In this document: positions 15,701 through 25,400 of the stretch, piece after piece | Position numbering within the stretch: the first letter of the stretch is position 1 | How the letters are laid out: every line of letters begins with the position of its first letter | Origin: a virus | Taxonomy: Duplodnaviria; Caudoviricetes | Direction: 5' to 3' (one strand) | Virus record (IMG/VR): IMGVR_UViG_3300010043_000012 | Span: 1 to 27,417 of that record | DNA: 27,417 nucleotides | Position numbers and translations under genes: made by a program | The notes under the pieces: model-generated | The model's input: the letters and a program-made list of their open reading frames with translations, nothing else | Database searches by the model: none | Told to the model about the DNA's origin: nothing

Positions 15701-18197
15701 TCTCTGGTTCTTGTGTTAACATTCTGTCAAATACAGATTTAATATCAGAAGAAATGGGCTTTCCTAAATTTTTAAGAGTTTGATAAACAGAGGTTAACCA
15801 ATCCTTAAATCTAGAAAAAACATCAGCTAACTGTGGAGACGGGGCTACTCCCTCTCTCATATATTGTTCAAATCCCCTACTCCACTTCTCATGTTGCCAT
15901 CTTTTTAAATCTGTTGGCTTTGTCATTTCTTCGGGATTTTTTACATTCAAATAATCAAGAGTAGTAAAAAAATCTTTTTTTAAATTATCCGGAGCTAATG
16001 GGTGCTGAGCAAATTCAAAAAAATCAACAAGCCATTGATGTGCCATTTCATGAATAAAAGTTGAAGCATTAGATTTCTGTGTAAGAACAATGGCAGATTT
16101 GTCTGGATCAAACAAATTCTCTATATATCCATTAGGTATCTTATTAGAAGACCTTTGTTCTAAATTATTATCTACTAAATTTTCATTCTTAAAAAGATGT
16201 TTTGTTGAATCTTTAAAATTGACAATTTCATCTTTCATAAGTCCTTCATGAGGTTTAAAGGTATAAGATTGACTCATCCCATTTTTATCTGGTTTTTTCA
16301 ATAACGTGAATATTCCATTCTCATCAATAGATGATATTAAAAGATTTTTTGCAAAACCAACGTCTATAATATTCCCCTGCTGCAAATTCTGAAATGATTT
16401 CCCCCTAACCGGCTGCCCCGTGCGAGTAAATTCTGTATTTACCCCAGATGTAGGCGTTATTTTCTCTAACTGTTCTGTTTTATTATTTATTAAATTTTGC
16501 CATATGTCATTAGATGACATTTTATTATAATCACCAAAATCAGCTTTATTATTTTCAACAATCCCCTCCTTTCTAACATTAGGGAAATATTTTTTATATA
16601 AATCTTCTGCCGTTCCAAGCTCTCCATTAAAATTAGCAGCTAATGTTTCATAATATGAAGTAGCTAGACGTGCGATATCTTCTGCTCTATCTTTCGGCTC
16701 TTTAGCAGAAACTAAATTCTGAGTAATTTCATTTGAAATAACTTGTCTCTGAATTTCTAATGGACGAGATTGCGGTGAAAGTTTCTCCATAATCTCAGGA
16801 GACTTCTCAGCTAATTGCGTTTCCTTAGGCAAAATAGATGTCTGATCATATCCGATAGAATCCGAAGCCCTTTTATAAAGATCTATCCGATCTTTTTCTA
16901 TATCACCAAGTTGTTGATTAACTTTTTCTAATTGAGATTGGGCCCATCGCGATTCATCTGATTCATGCTCGTGTTCATTAACCCAATTTGATAAAATATC
17001 TTTTTGATTATTTAAATCTTCATATTTTTCAATTAATTCAGGATTTAAATTCTTTGCCACCTCATGAATATTAGGAATAATTTGATTGGTTCCCAAAATT
17101 TGCTGTTCAACACGTGCCTCTTTCAATGCCGCTTGAGCAGCAATCGGATTTCGTTGTTCTTGTCCAGCAAAAACCTCTTGAGTAACACCCGGGCCGATCA
17201 CATTTAAACTATTGGCTTGAGAAATTGTAATTGGATTTTCTTGTTCAAATTTACTACGAATATAATTTTGTCTATATCGTTCAGTTTGATCTTCTAAAAA
17301 TTTCATCCCAGGGGTCATTTCAGCAGCCAATGTCCCTATTGATGTAAGCTTTTCTCCTATTTGATTTGATTTATTAAAAATAAACCCCAACCCTGTTGCT
17401 ATTCCAATTTTTTGCCAATCTAATGAATCTCCATTCCAAACTTCATTACCAGCCTCAAATCCCCCCATAACCGTCCCACTGATCGCCCTAGATGCTAATG
17501 GATTGGCCATTATTTTACCAAGAGTTGTTGTTGATTCTACTGCTATTTTTTCTGCAGCGCCAACGGGACTCATCGTCATAATATAGGGTGCCATAGCCCC
17601 TAACCAAGTCCCCATCGGATGCTCTAATTCTCTTTCTTCTTTTTGCCTTTCTGTTTGCCCTAATGTTTCTTGCCAAGATTCTGGCAATTTAGATATAGCC
17701 CAATTTTGAATGCCTGAAACAAGTTGCTGGCCGCCTATCATTCCTACAATACCGCCTCCAATCGCTCCAACAGCCCCTAAGGTTCCAGATCCGATATCTG
17801 CTATCGGATTTGCAGGCCCCAAGCCAAATATTTGAGGAAGAGCAACTCCGGCTAACCCTCCAAGTTTCGCCCCCCCATATCCGCTAGCAGCTAAAGATGC
17901 CATCCCGGCCGCTGAAGGCAATATATTCTCAGCAAAACTACCTGCAATTGAACCAATCAACGATGGCCTTTGAGTTTCTTCAGTAGGCTGATCCCCATAT
18001 TTTGAAAAAGGATTTTGACTTATATCTTCCTCAGCCTCAACTGATTGTCCGACTGGTTGTCCGACTGGTTGATTTGTAAGAGAATTTATATTCCCTGTAG
18101 GAGAATCCCCATATTTTTCAAATGGATTTCTATCTAAATTAGGAGTATTTAATTGAGATGATCCAACCTGAATATCTTCATCTGCTTTATCTGGCAT
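12735..18197 (-). CDS. Large internal virion / DNA ejection protein (gp16 position) with a zincin-like HExxH domain
   Basis: 1820 aa, last of the internal-protein series. N-terminal NPF.KYGD repeats and a G/A-rich hydrophobic region. STFIHEMAH...HEKWSRGFEQY...FKDWLTSVY. C-terminal helical region of the large-polyvalent-protein type. Confidence 0.8.
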   Translation of the reverse strand: MPDKADEDIQVGSSQLNTPNLDRNPFEKYGDSPTGNINSLTNQPVGQPVGQSVEAEEDISQNPFSKYGDQPTEETQRPSLIGSIAGSFAENILPSAAGMASLAASGYGGAKLGGLAGVALPQIFGLGPANPIADIGSGTLGAVGAIGGGIVGMIGGQQLVSGIQNWAISKLPESWQETLGQTERQKEERELEHPMGTWLGAMAPYIMTMSPVGAAEKIAVESTTTLGKIMANPLASRAISGTVMGGFEAGNEVWNGDSLDWQKIGIATGLGFIFNKSNQIGEKLTSIGTLAAEMTPGMKFLEDQTERYRQNYIRSKFEQENPITISQANSLNVIGPGVTQEVFAGQEQRNPIAAQAALKEARVEQQILGTNQIIPNIHEVAKNLNPELIEKYEDLNNQKDILSNWVNEHEHESDESRWAQSQLEKVNQQLGDIEKDRIDLYKRASDSIGYDQTSILPKETQLAEKSPEIMEKLSPQSRPLEIQRQVISNEITQNLVSAKEPKDRAEDIARLATSYYETLAANFNGELGTAEDLYKKYFPNVRKEGIVENNKADFGDYNKMSSNDIWQNLINNKTEQLEKITPTSGVNTEFTRTGQPVRGKSFQNLQQGNIIDVGFAKNLLISSIDENGIFTLLKKPDKNGMSQSYTFKPHEGLMKDEIVNFKDSTKHLFKNENLVDNNLEQRSSNKIPNGYIENLFDPDKSAIVLTQKSNASTFIHEMAHQWLVDFFEFAQHPLAPDNLKKDFFTTLDYLNVKNPEEMTKPTDLKRWQHEKWSRGFEQYMREGVAPSPQLADVFSRFKDWLTSVYQTLKNLGKPISSDIKSVFDRMLTQEPEKTVIIPDVSKGPTLSDIHETDALHAIPHPEAPEADRIHEEASRFFSDQPFEVKNELEKSINKILASNESKGETTTIEKRASEMESSSEGFRSISKSDISGTSNGSINAGGGTNKAESSGRFPSGTARGSENSGRAGISDLSPVARERRAPAPTPYVRRAANIHLDNLTDVEKIKETLEQLAEQNDDFKNFRIKTPLTEGDVLKFGEDVGFNQKQMQNLFHMSRIVSENVDAARQMMISSLEKYLDARDKWTQTQDPADALSYWEARQQADLISGYFSGYEANAGRGLGNFRRSKLLSSNRDDVNDLLKKTAGMTLFQLEQEIERSKSIDSVQGASSFLRNEIHGKVGDKIHEAYINFLISNPITHKAYAIGNMILSMYRNLLVTPTAAGIGNIASALGREGERVRLGEMKAFPRELFNPIPFVAAKEAFKAGAPVRLPGEDIKETQSGNVVSSSPGIDFVERPQVNINAKFSDLLPDFVGMLHGIQDTFLSMYDLIKNGRIDKNSPLFTFKRSNLGSIPDINIGGKLTVPVGSAIRAPSERMVTPIHSFFSVLNYNIERTKWAYRTAANEGLHGEAYSQRVAELSQNPPIEKMKEFGKSAYSDVLMGEPGKVAKATSKVLDLEIGDTGIRPLRFVIPFNRIQGELAKKSFTENGILAFASKSARNDLLGKNGNIAQDMQIAKILAGSALTTLGLWWASRHILNGDGPTDPANRLNWLNDGNMPHSIQIGNFQYDIGKLGAIGKLLSASADLWGISHGLSEDGLHAAFNHLAHAASRLFLDESPFGAMSNLAKAIDDPGKYGINYASSLISNFVPYSSFLRQISRYEDPYMKDAHGFIQNLEKGIPFLTENVPNKLDTWGDPILDVDDPHYLIGLGIRRSQISQDPVRNYLDGSGFSIGKVQKQINNHPLTDDQYREYSQLSGRTAHIQLLKIMQSGAWGKASAEDRHDLIVETVKQARNAAANQLIRKYPILAEYAAKARRWLVHSDK
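15233..15541 (-). CDS. Candidate overprinted gene nested in an alternative frame of the 1820-aa gene
   Basis: 102-aa ORF with TGAGGT 5 nt before its ATG. Local GC is clearly raised, and the host frame is low-complexity S/G/R here. Confidence 0.6.
   Translation of the reverse strand: MNLKNLSTKSLPQMNLKEKLQQSKNELQKWSQVARDSDLSPRATSAAHQMVRSMRAAAQIRQKALDAFPVEQPEDQKIPEGPEYPIFPLSRENDEPQPLPPM
18045..18071. repeat. 12-bp tandem repeat TTGTCCGACTGG x2 (QPVG QPVG)
   Basis: Read directly. In-frame duplication in the N-terminal linker of the 1820-aa protein. Confidence 0.85.
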
Positions 18198-20920
18198 TAA
18201 TCTCTTCCTAATTCAGGCGCCATAGATAAATCTACTGGAATAATACGTTTTGGAGTTAGATTTGTGAGATTAGGAGCAATCTTCTCAAAAATATCTCTTG
18301 AAGTAATACCAGACGGCTTAAAAAAAGTATCAAAATTTTTTATATTCTCTGGGGTTGGATGAGAGAATAAATCAGAAATAGCTGCTCCCCATTTTTGATA
18401 AGACCAAGGTTGCCCATGAACAGTCGGTCTGAAATAAACAGCAGATTGCCATGCCTTCGGATCTATCCCAGGAGGAGGAACTGGAATTATATCATTAGGT
18501 GATATAGATTTATTTTGAGCCAAAGGATTTTGAAGATTTTTATTCAAAGGAAGTTGGAAATTTTGGGCCAAAGAAGTTGGGAGATTTTGAGAAGGAACGG
18601 GGGCGTTAATTGCTGAATTTTGAAGCGTAGATATCGGGGGCGCCGTATTATAATATTTTTCAATATTTTTTTGATCAAAAAATTTATATGGATTCTTCTT
18701 TCCTTCTTCTGTATTTCTAAATGACCTGAATTCTGATTCAAATCTATTTACAATTTCAGAATCATAAAACGATCTCCCTTCAGGACTTTCTAATCTTCTT
18801 CTAGGATTTCCATTATAAACTATTTCTGTTTCAATAGATTTCAACGCAGCAAGTTTTATCTTTTGGAGCTGCTTCTCTTCAGGTGAATCTTGAATTTTAG
18901 AAAGAGCTTGAGATAAATTAATAACATCCCTGGATGTTAATCTCCCATCTATCTCAAGACGATATAAATCAGCATTCGAATCAATTGTTCCGTTTGTTAT
19001 TTTTTCCAAAGTATCATTATACAAAGGACTTGAAACTGTTCCTATAGATTTCCCTAAATCCTTAGTGGCAATTTGTGTCAACTCATTCTTTCTTTTCCAG
19101 TCTATATCATTACTATTTTGAATTTCTTGAAGAATATTAGCATTTTGGGATGGATCATGCATTTTTGTATATAAATCATTTGAAGCCTTATCTTCAACTT
19201 GTTTTTTTAATGAATTTGTTGATGCTTCTAGCATTTTTTCATCATTTGATTTTTGTATAATTTTATTTCTAGCATGATCAGCCTGATCTTCTGTTATGAC
19301 TCCATTTCTTACATCCTCATCTATTGATTGAAGAGCATGAGCACGCACAAAATCAACAGTAGGCATCGTATTCAATTTCTCTTGAGTTAACATTGAAGAC
19401 GAAATTTGAGGAGTCCCCTGAACTTGTTCTTGACCTAAAGTAGGTATCGATGAAGATTGGATTGTCCCGATATTTTCAGATTGATTAGATAATTCTGTTG
19501 AATGCTGATTATCTGGAATATTTTTAGTGAATTGAACAATCGGACCACCATATGGATGATCAATTCCGCCATGCCCATTAAATTTTTCAATCCAATAATT
19601 TGCAAACTGAGCACATGTCCAACTTTTTGCTTGTGATCTTAATTTTTCTGGCACATTATTTAATATATGACTCATTCCAACCACATCCCCCGCATTTTCA
19701 TTTGGGTTCATAAGTAAATCAGCTGCCCCTCCAGCACCCTGTTGATGAGCAAGATATATTTCTGCATCAGTAGGATACCTTCCCAAAACCCTGGATAAGG
19801 ATTGAGCATTCGCTTTAGCAAGATTAGCCGTAGCATAAATACTATCTTCTGGATTTAATCTTGATCCGCCTATAGGACCGTATTTTTTAAATTCTCTTTC
19901 TCCTACTTGGCCCAATCCAATATATCCCCCACCTGAAGATACAGCATTTGGAATCCCATTACTTTCAAGTTGAATTGTCCGAGCCAAGGCAACCGATGAG
20001 CTATAACCACCTTGTATTTGATTTAAAACAGTAGAAAAAATTGGATTATTTGGATTTGAATATGGCATAGAATTCCGAGCTTTTCCCATTGTTTCTTCAG
20101 CTTTTTGATCTCCAATCATTTTGTCTGATCTAGACTTCACCTCCATAGCAAGAGGCTCATACATCTGACCTAAAATATCTTTATTTGCCTCAACTATTTG
20201 CATAGCGTAAGCCGGATTATTAACATAAATTGCTTGAACTCTTGCCCTTGTCGCATCTCTAAGAGCACGACTCGTTGCATCTTGCATATCAGCAGCACTT
20301 CCTCCTTCTAATCTAACTTTGGTTATATATGCATTGCTTAAATCTGCAACAGAATGATTAAAATGTTCCATATCATATGGATTTCTTGATATCGAATTTA
20401 AAGCCAAATCTGATGACGATTGATTTGTACTGCGATACCAATCATTAGCTTGTTGATTAGTGTGAGATCCAATTTGTTGAGAATGATAATTTTGAAGCCG
20501 ACGGGTTGCAGCTTCAAATTCATGCTGCTGTTCCGGGGTAGAAAGACTATTTTTCCCATCTTGTATAATCTGCTCAAGCTCTCCTTCAGCTTGGGGACGC
20601 CCATCCATAGCGTCTCGTCCATTTTTACCTAAGAACCCTGTATCAACCTGGACGGACCCATCAGGACCAATGATCGTTTTACCCGGATCTCCATAAAGTA
20701 AATTTGTCATTTTTCTTGAAGCATCATTATAAGCTTCATCAACGACAGCTTTGTTATAAAATTCTTTTGCCCTTTCAGCCCCTTGTCCTAACTCCTTAAG
20801 CCCAGCTCCGATAGCTCCTCCAAATTGAGATGAATTTACATCAATGCGTTGCAAATCCTGAGGTGTATTTACTTCAGGATTAACTTGAGGAACGCCTTCG
20901 GTATATGGAACTTGCGCCAT
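18197..20920 (-). CDS. Internal virion / ejection protein (gp15 position) with an embedded lytic transglycosylase domain
   Basis: MAQVP N-terminus and a helical Q/A-rich body. Lysozyme-like motif QLESNG.PNA...YIGLGQ...IYLAHQQGAGGA at about 19577-20068. Confidence 0.85.
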   Translation of the reverse strand: MAQVPYTEGVPQVNPEVNTPQDLQRIDVNSSQFGGAIGAGLKELGQGAERAKEFYNKAVVDEAYNDASRKMTNLLYGDPGKTIIGPDGSVQVDTGFLGKNGRDAMDGRPQAEGELEQIIQDGKNSLSTPEQQHEFEAATRRLQNYHSQQIGSHTNQQANDWYRSTNQSSSDLALNSISRNPYDMEHFNHSVADLSNAYITKVRLEGGSAADMQDATSRALRDATRARVQAIYVNNPAYAMQIVEANKDILGQMYEPLAMEVKSRSDKMIGDQKAEETMGKARNSMPYSNPNNPIFSTVLNQIQGGYSSSVALARTIQLESNGIPNAVSSGGGYIGLGQVGEREFKKYGPIGGSRLNPEDSIYATANLAKANAQSLSRVLGRYPTDAEIYLAHQQGAGGAADLLMNPNENAGDVVGMSHILNNVPEKLRSQAKSWTCAQFANYWIEKFNGHGGIDHPYGGPIVQFTKNIPDNQHSTELSNQSENIGTIQSSSIPTLGQEQVQGTPQISSSMLTQEKLNTMPTVDFVRAHALQSIDEDVRNGVITEDQADHARNKIIQKSNDEKMLEASTNSLKKQVEDKASNDLYTKMHDPSQNANILQEIQNSNDIDWKRKNELTQIATKDLGKSIGTVSSPLYNDTLEKITNGTIDSNADLYRLEIDGRLTSRDVINLSQALSKIQDSPEEKQLQKIKLAALKSIETEIVYNGNPRRRLESPEGRSFYDSEIVNRFESEFRSFRNTEEGKKNPYKFFDQKNIEKYYNTAPPISTLQNSAINAPVPSQNLPTSLAQNFQLPLNKNLQNPLAQNKSISPNDIIPVPPPGIDPKAWQSAVYFRPTVHGQPWSYQKWGAAISDLFSHPTPENIKNFDTFFKPSGITSRDIFEKIAPNLTNLTPKRIIPVDLSMAPELGRD

Positions 20921-20922
20921 TT

Positions 20923-21414
20923 CTATGCCTTATTATTAAATCTTTGAATCCACATATTCGTAAATATAGACGCCGCTTCATTCGGATTCCCCCCATTTTC
21001 GCGAATATGATCATCTCCGACTAAATTGCCAGCCCTAACTTTCTGATTTTCAAGAAGTTTTACTGCGCCCGCCATTCCTTGTTGCCATGCAATATACATC
21101 TCTGCATCCGTGGGTTTCCGCTTTAAATGAGCATGCAAATATTGACCAATATCTGCCCCCATCTTTCCCAAAGCATAAATAGAATCGTCCGGATTTGTCC
21201 TAGACCCTCCTCTTGGGCCGTATTCTAAAAATTCATCCTCCCCAATTTGAACAAGCCCTAAATATTTACCTCCCAAAGAGCTGGCATCAAGCACCCCACT
21301 GCTTTCAATTTGAATCAATCTTGCCATACCAGCCGCCGAGAACCCCTCTGGATTCTCTTTTGCAGTTTTTTGCAAAAGAGGATTCGATGGATCAGTATAA
21401 GAAAAAGTAGACAT
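20923..21414 (-). CDS. Stand-alone lytic transglycosylase (lysozyme-like)
   Basis: QIESSG...YLGLVQ...MYIAWQQGMAGA, with the catalytic Glu-Ser retained. Confidence 0.85.
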   Translation of the reverse strand: MSTFSYTDPSNPLLQKTAKENPEGFSAAGMARLIQIESSGVLDASSLGGKYLGLVQIGEDEFLEYGPRGGSRTNPDDSIYALGKMGADIGQYLHAHLKRKPTDAEMYIAWQQGMAGAVKLLENQKVRAGNLVGDDHIRENGGNPNEAASIFTNMWIQRFNNKA

Positions 21415-21423
21415 AAAATATCC

Positions 21424-21996
21424 TTAAAATAAACCTTCTGACGGCACAGGAGTCTCAGATGAAGAATAAACATCTGGACTTCCCCATTTAAAATTTAAAC
21501 CTGAAGCATTCCCCAAAAGACTACCGCCCGCCCCTAAAAATCCCCCAATAAGATCGCTATTTGCAGCCGATTTATCAAGCTGTGCTTGAGATTCAAATGC
21601 TGTTGCTTGTGTCCTATATCCATAGGCTTGAAGTTGAGCATTATTTAATGTCGTCAATGTATCTAATTTATTGGTTTCTCTTGCAGATTCTTGAACATCC
21701 AAATTAGACCCTGTATTGACATCCACACCATTCGCGGCTTGACTTGCTTTAATAGCTGCCAAATTCGCTGCACCCCTTAAGCTACTTTTTTCGGTCTGAG
21801 CTTCTCCCGCTTTCATTGCATAATCTGCATTTTGGCGCTCAATAAGTGCATTATTTTCAGCAACTTGTGCTTGATATTTAGCAGCATTGCTTGAAGAAAT
21901 TCCGCCAACTATAGACCCTGCAGCCGAGACCCCGGCTCCTAAAATACCTAAGGTGAATGGGTCTAATAAATGTTGTATTTTAAATCTAGAAACCAT
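21424..21996 (-). CDS. Small internal virion / ejection protein (gp14 position)
   Basis: DPFTLGILGAGVSAAGS, Q/A/N-rich helices, AANGVDVNTGS motif and a glycine-zipper C-terminus. SD GTGAGGA. Confidence 0.85.
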   Translation of the reverse strand: MVSRFKIQHLLDPFTLGILGAGVSAAGSIVGGISSSNAAKYQAQVAENNALIERQNADYAMKAGEAQTEKSSLRGAANLAAIKASQAANGVDVNTGSNLDVQESARETNKLDTLTTLNNAQLQAYGYRTQATAFESQAQLDKSAANSDLIGGFLGAGGSLLGNASGLNFKWGSPDVYSSSETPVPSEGLF

Positions 21997-22010
21997 TTAA
22001 ATCCTCACCA

Positions 22011-22457
22011 TCACCGTCTTCTTATAATCATTTCTACCATATCCCTATCCATCCACGAGCACATCTCAAATCCTAAGAATTCTGCGAATTTAATAGATTT
22101 TTTATCATTTCTATTTACATAACAAATAATATCATTTTTTGTCATAAAAATACTTCTAAATGTATTTTTTATCTCTTTTATTGCAGATATTTTTACTTTA
22201 TGAAAAGAGTCATTTACAGCAAGCCAAACTAAACTTGTATCTGAACAAAGATTTGATTCTAACCCACCCATAGCTATTATTTGATCATTTAGAAACGCTG
22301 TTTTACAAATAACAGAATTTTTAAAATTTCTTATCATAAAGGAATGCACATCTCTTAAATTAAAATTATGAAAAATATTTTTCTTCTCTACCATATTTCT
22401 AGAAATAATTCCACAATGATGCATTTTGGAATCTATTATTTTTATATTATCTTTCAT
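22011..22457 (-). CDS. gp13-position, GNAT-fold-like virion assembly protein
   Basis: IIAMGG...VWL...YVNRNDKKSIKFAEFLGF pattern, located directly after tail tubular B. Confidence 0.7.
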   Translation of the reverse strand: MKDNIKIIDSKMHHCGIISRNMVEKKNIFHNFNLRDVHSFMIRNFKNSVICKTAFLNDQIIAMGGLESNLCSDTSLVWLAVNDSFHKVKISAIKEIKNTFRSIFMTKNDIICYVNRNDKKSIKFAEFLGFEMCSWMDRDMVEMIIRRR

Positions 22458-25400
22458 TTTTGTTCCCCTCTCCTTGCTTTTTCATAGAAGGAGATCTCTG
22501 TTCGGGACTATCGCCAGACCAAATTTCAGGGATAACGGCTAAAATTTGAAGAGGAAGAGGCTGCTCTTGCTGAACAGAAGCCTGGCCCGGAATAGCATAT
22601 CCTCCAACAAGAGGAATGCGTTCATCCCCCGTGTAAAGAGGTTGCCGCAAACTATTATATGGGGCCCTCGACTTATTTGGTATCAATTTCATATTATTCC
22701 AAACAGGCGCAATCTGAGAAGGTTTTAATGTTGATCCATCAACTTGATTACATCCAATCTCAACATTTAAAGAAGCTTCAATTCGAACCGTACATGCTGA
22801 TATTTTCTTTCTTTGTCCCTGAGCCGTGGGTTCTCCCAAATCAATATAAGGACTTTGAATTTGAACCTGAAACCCTAATCCAACAATAATAGAACTAGCA
22901 GGTTGTGATAATGTTATCATGCCATTCGGGTTAACCACTGTCGGTGGAATAACAACTCCATCAGCCAACCCCGTTACAACCATCCCAGCTAATGGCTGAA
23001 GATTCGTAAGAGTAGAAACAGGCTCCGTCATTGTCCAAGATCCAGATAATTGAGTTTGAACTAATCCCTGCGAATTAACAAAATTAGCAGAATTAGGCTG
23101 AATATCAACAATAGGATCAATGATTTGAGCCAAAACATTTTTATCATCAATAAAACCTGTTATATTCGCAACGCCCCCGCCCATTCGAATAACTTGACCT
23201 ATATTTGAAGGTGAAAAAATAGGAACAGATGATGTAAATTTTGTTAAATTATTTAGAGTTAATCGCGCTGAGGCACCCGATCCTGTATTAGATGGATCCG
23301 TTATAACAAGTTCTGGAAATATATAATTTTGACCTTGATTGCCTATAGAAAAGGTTATCGAAGTAATAACCCCGTCAACAATTGTAAGAGTCGGAACTGC
23401 ACCAGTCCCGGGGCCCTCTCCATTATCATCTACAACAAAAGCTGTTGTAAAAGATGAATATCCAGCCCCTCCCATAAGATTGGTCACCCCTGTAATAGAC
23501 CCTAAGCCATAAGGAGAAGAACAATCTAAATTCGCATTAGGTTCTGGCTGACTTAATTGAAATCCACAATCTACACACCAACAATCCTCAACAGAATTCC
23601 ATAACCGATCATCCATTCTTTCCATTACATATGCTTTCCCTGCAGGGAAATTTCTTTGAACACAAGCATATAAAGCATCTACAGGAGGTTCTGTAACAGA
23701 ACAAACCCCATAGAATATTCCATTTGTATCATGTCTGGCCCATCCTATAATTTGTTGTTCTTTTATATAAGTTAAACTCAGCAATATCCCATCACTCCTT
23801 ACAGCCCATAAAATTTTTCGAGGCTCTTCACACCATGCATGTTGAATAATTTCATACCCAGTAAAAAGATGAGAGTTCCAAACTGTTATGTCTTCCCCTG
23901 TATATATGTTTGTATAAAAATTATAAGAAGCATCTCTATATATCGATCCCTTTGACTGAACATAAACAATGTCATTTACAATCCGAATAGGAGGAACAGT
24001 CGCAGAACATCCATTATATGCCTGAGGCTGCGCTTCTTGATTCGATGGTGTAAATGGCTGAGGATTTAAAGATGATCCACCAACACCTGTTAACTGCCAT
24101 GCAGAAAGACCTGTCAGGGCTATTAGCCCACCAGGCATATTTACAAGCCATTGGATTCCATTAACCTGAACAGACCATGGAGACCCTATAATTGAATCAG
24201 TCGAAATTGTCGGGATCCTACGATCAAAATTTGTAAATGATCCAGGTTGTGACATGAAATATGTATCTGGATTATTTAATGTATTTGCGTAAACACGACG
24301 TTGTTGAAAATATGAAACGACAGCGGGGTAGGTTCCTGTTTGAGGCCCAACCTTTAATGATGCTGTCGCCCCAGTTCCATTCCCTGTAATGACAATCCTA
24401 TCTACTGGTAAATAATTTCGACCATTATTTTCTACCAAAAAGGCAACAATAGCGCCATTAACTATAACGGGTATTAGAACAGCCTCAGACCCCGTTGCTG
24501 AAATGATTGAAGCTGAAGCAGAAGTATAACCCGAGCCTTGAGAAATTACATTTACAGCAAGTATTTGACCTCTAGCAAATGGATCTAAATGCTCAGGAGG
24601 AACCTGAGTAAAATCCGCGACTGTATTAGAATCAATAAACTGAGTCCCATAGGCCGCTCCAACAAATCCGAATAACGCCCCCACAGGAGGTTGATATGTA
24701 TATCCTGGCGTTGCCTTATAAACATAATATTCACCTACACCTGAAACAGCCGACCATGTAAGCTTTATAGATCCAGTCGTAGCCGCTATATCAACTGCAT
24801 TCGGAATACTCACAATAGGAGATGCAACACTTTCTGTACCATCGTTCGCATTTATAGCCGTTACGCAATATTGATAAAATGTATTTGATGTGGCTCCCAT
24901 CGGAGCAGGGCTGGCTGTTCCTGATATAGAAGTAGGAGGAGTTATAGTAGGCTCCATTAAAACTTCTGTAAAAACCCAATCTGTATCAGAGTTTCTAGTC
25001 AAATCATAAGGCGGATATTCAACTTTAGATTTTTGATTTACACAACATAAAGACATGACATTGGCAGATTGTGTAAATTTTAAATAGGCTAAATCCTCTT
25101 CTGCATAAGGAGCCGGAGTTGTATAAATTCTTGCTGCATCCCCACCGGACGTATATGGAGAATATGATATAGAATTTATCGGATTTCCATAAACATCAAA
25201 AATAGAAAAAGATGTAGGAGTTGAATTTCCTACAACAACAGTTTGACCATTTAATTGCGTCATCCCTCCAATACCGCTCAAAAATACCCAATCTCCATTA
25301 TTAAATGGGGCCACGGAAACAGCAGACACTATAAATTGAGCCCCAAGGCCAGATCCGGATGTCGAAGCCTGATGCACAGGATTTGATGGGAAAACAGTAT

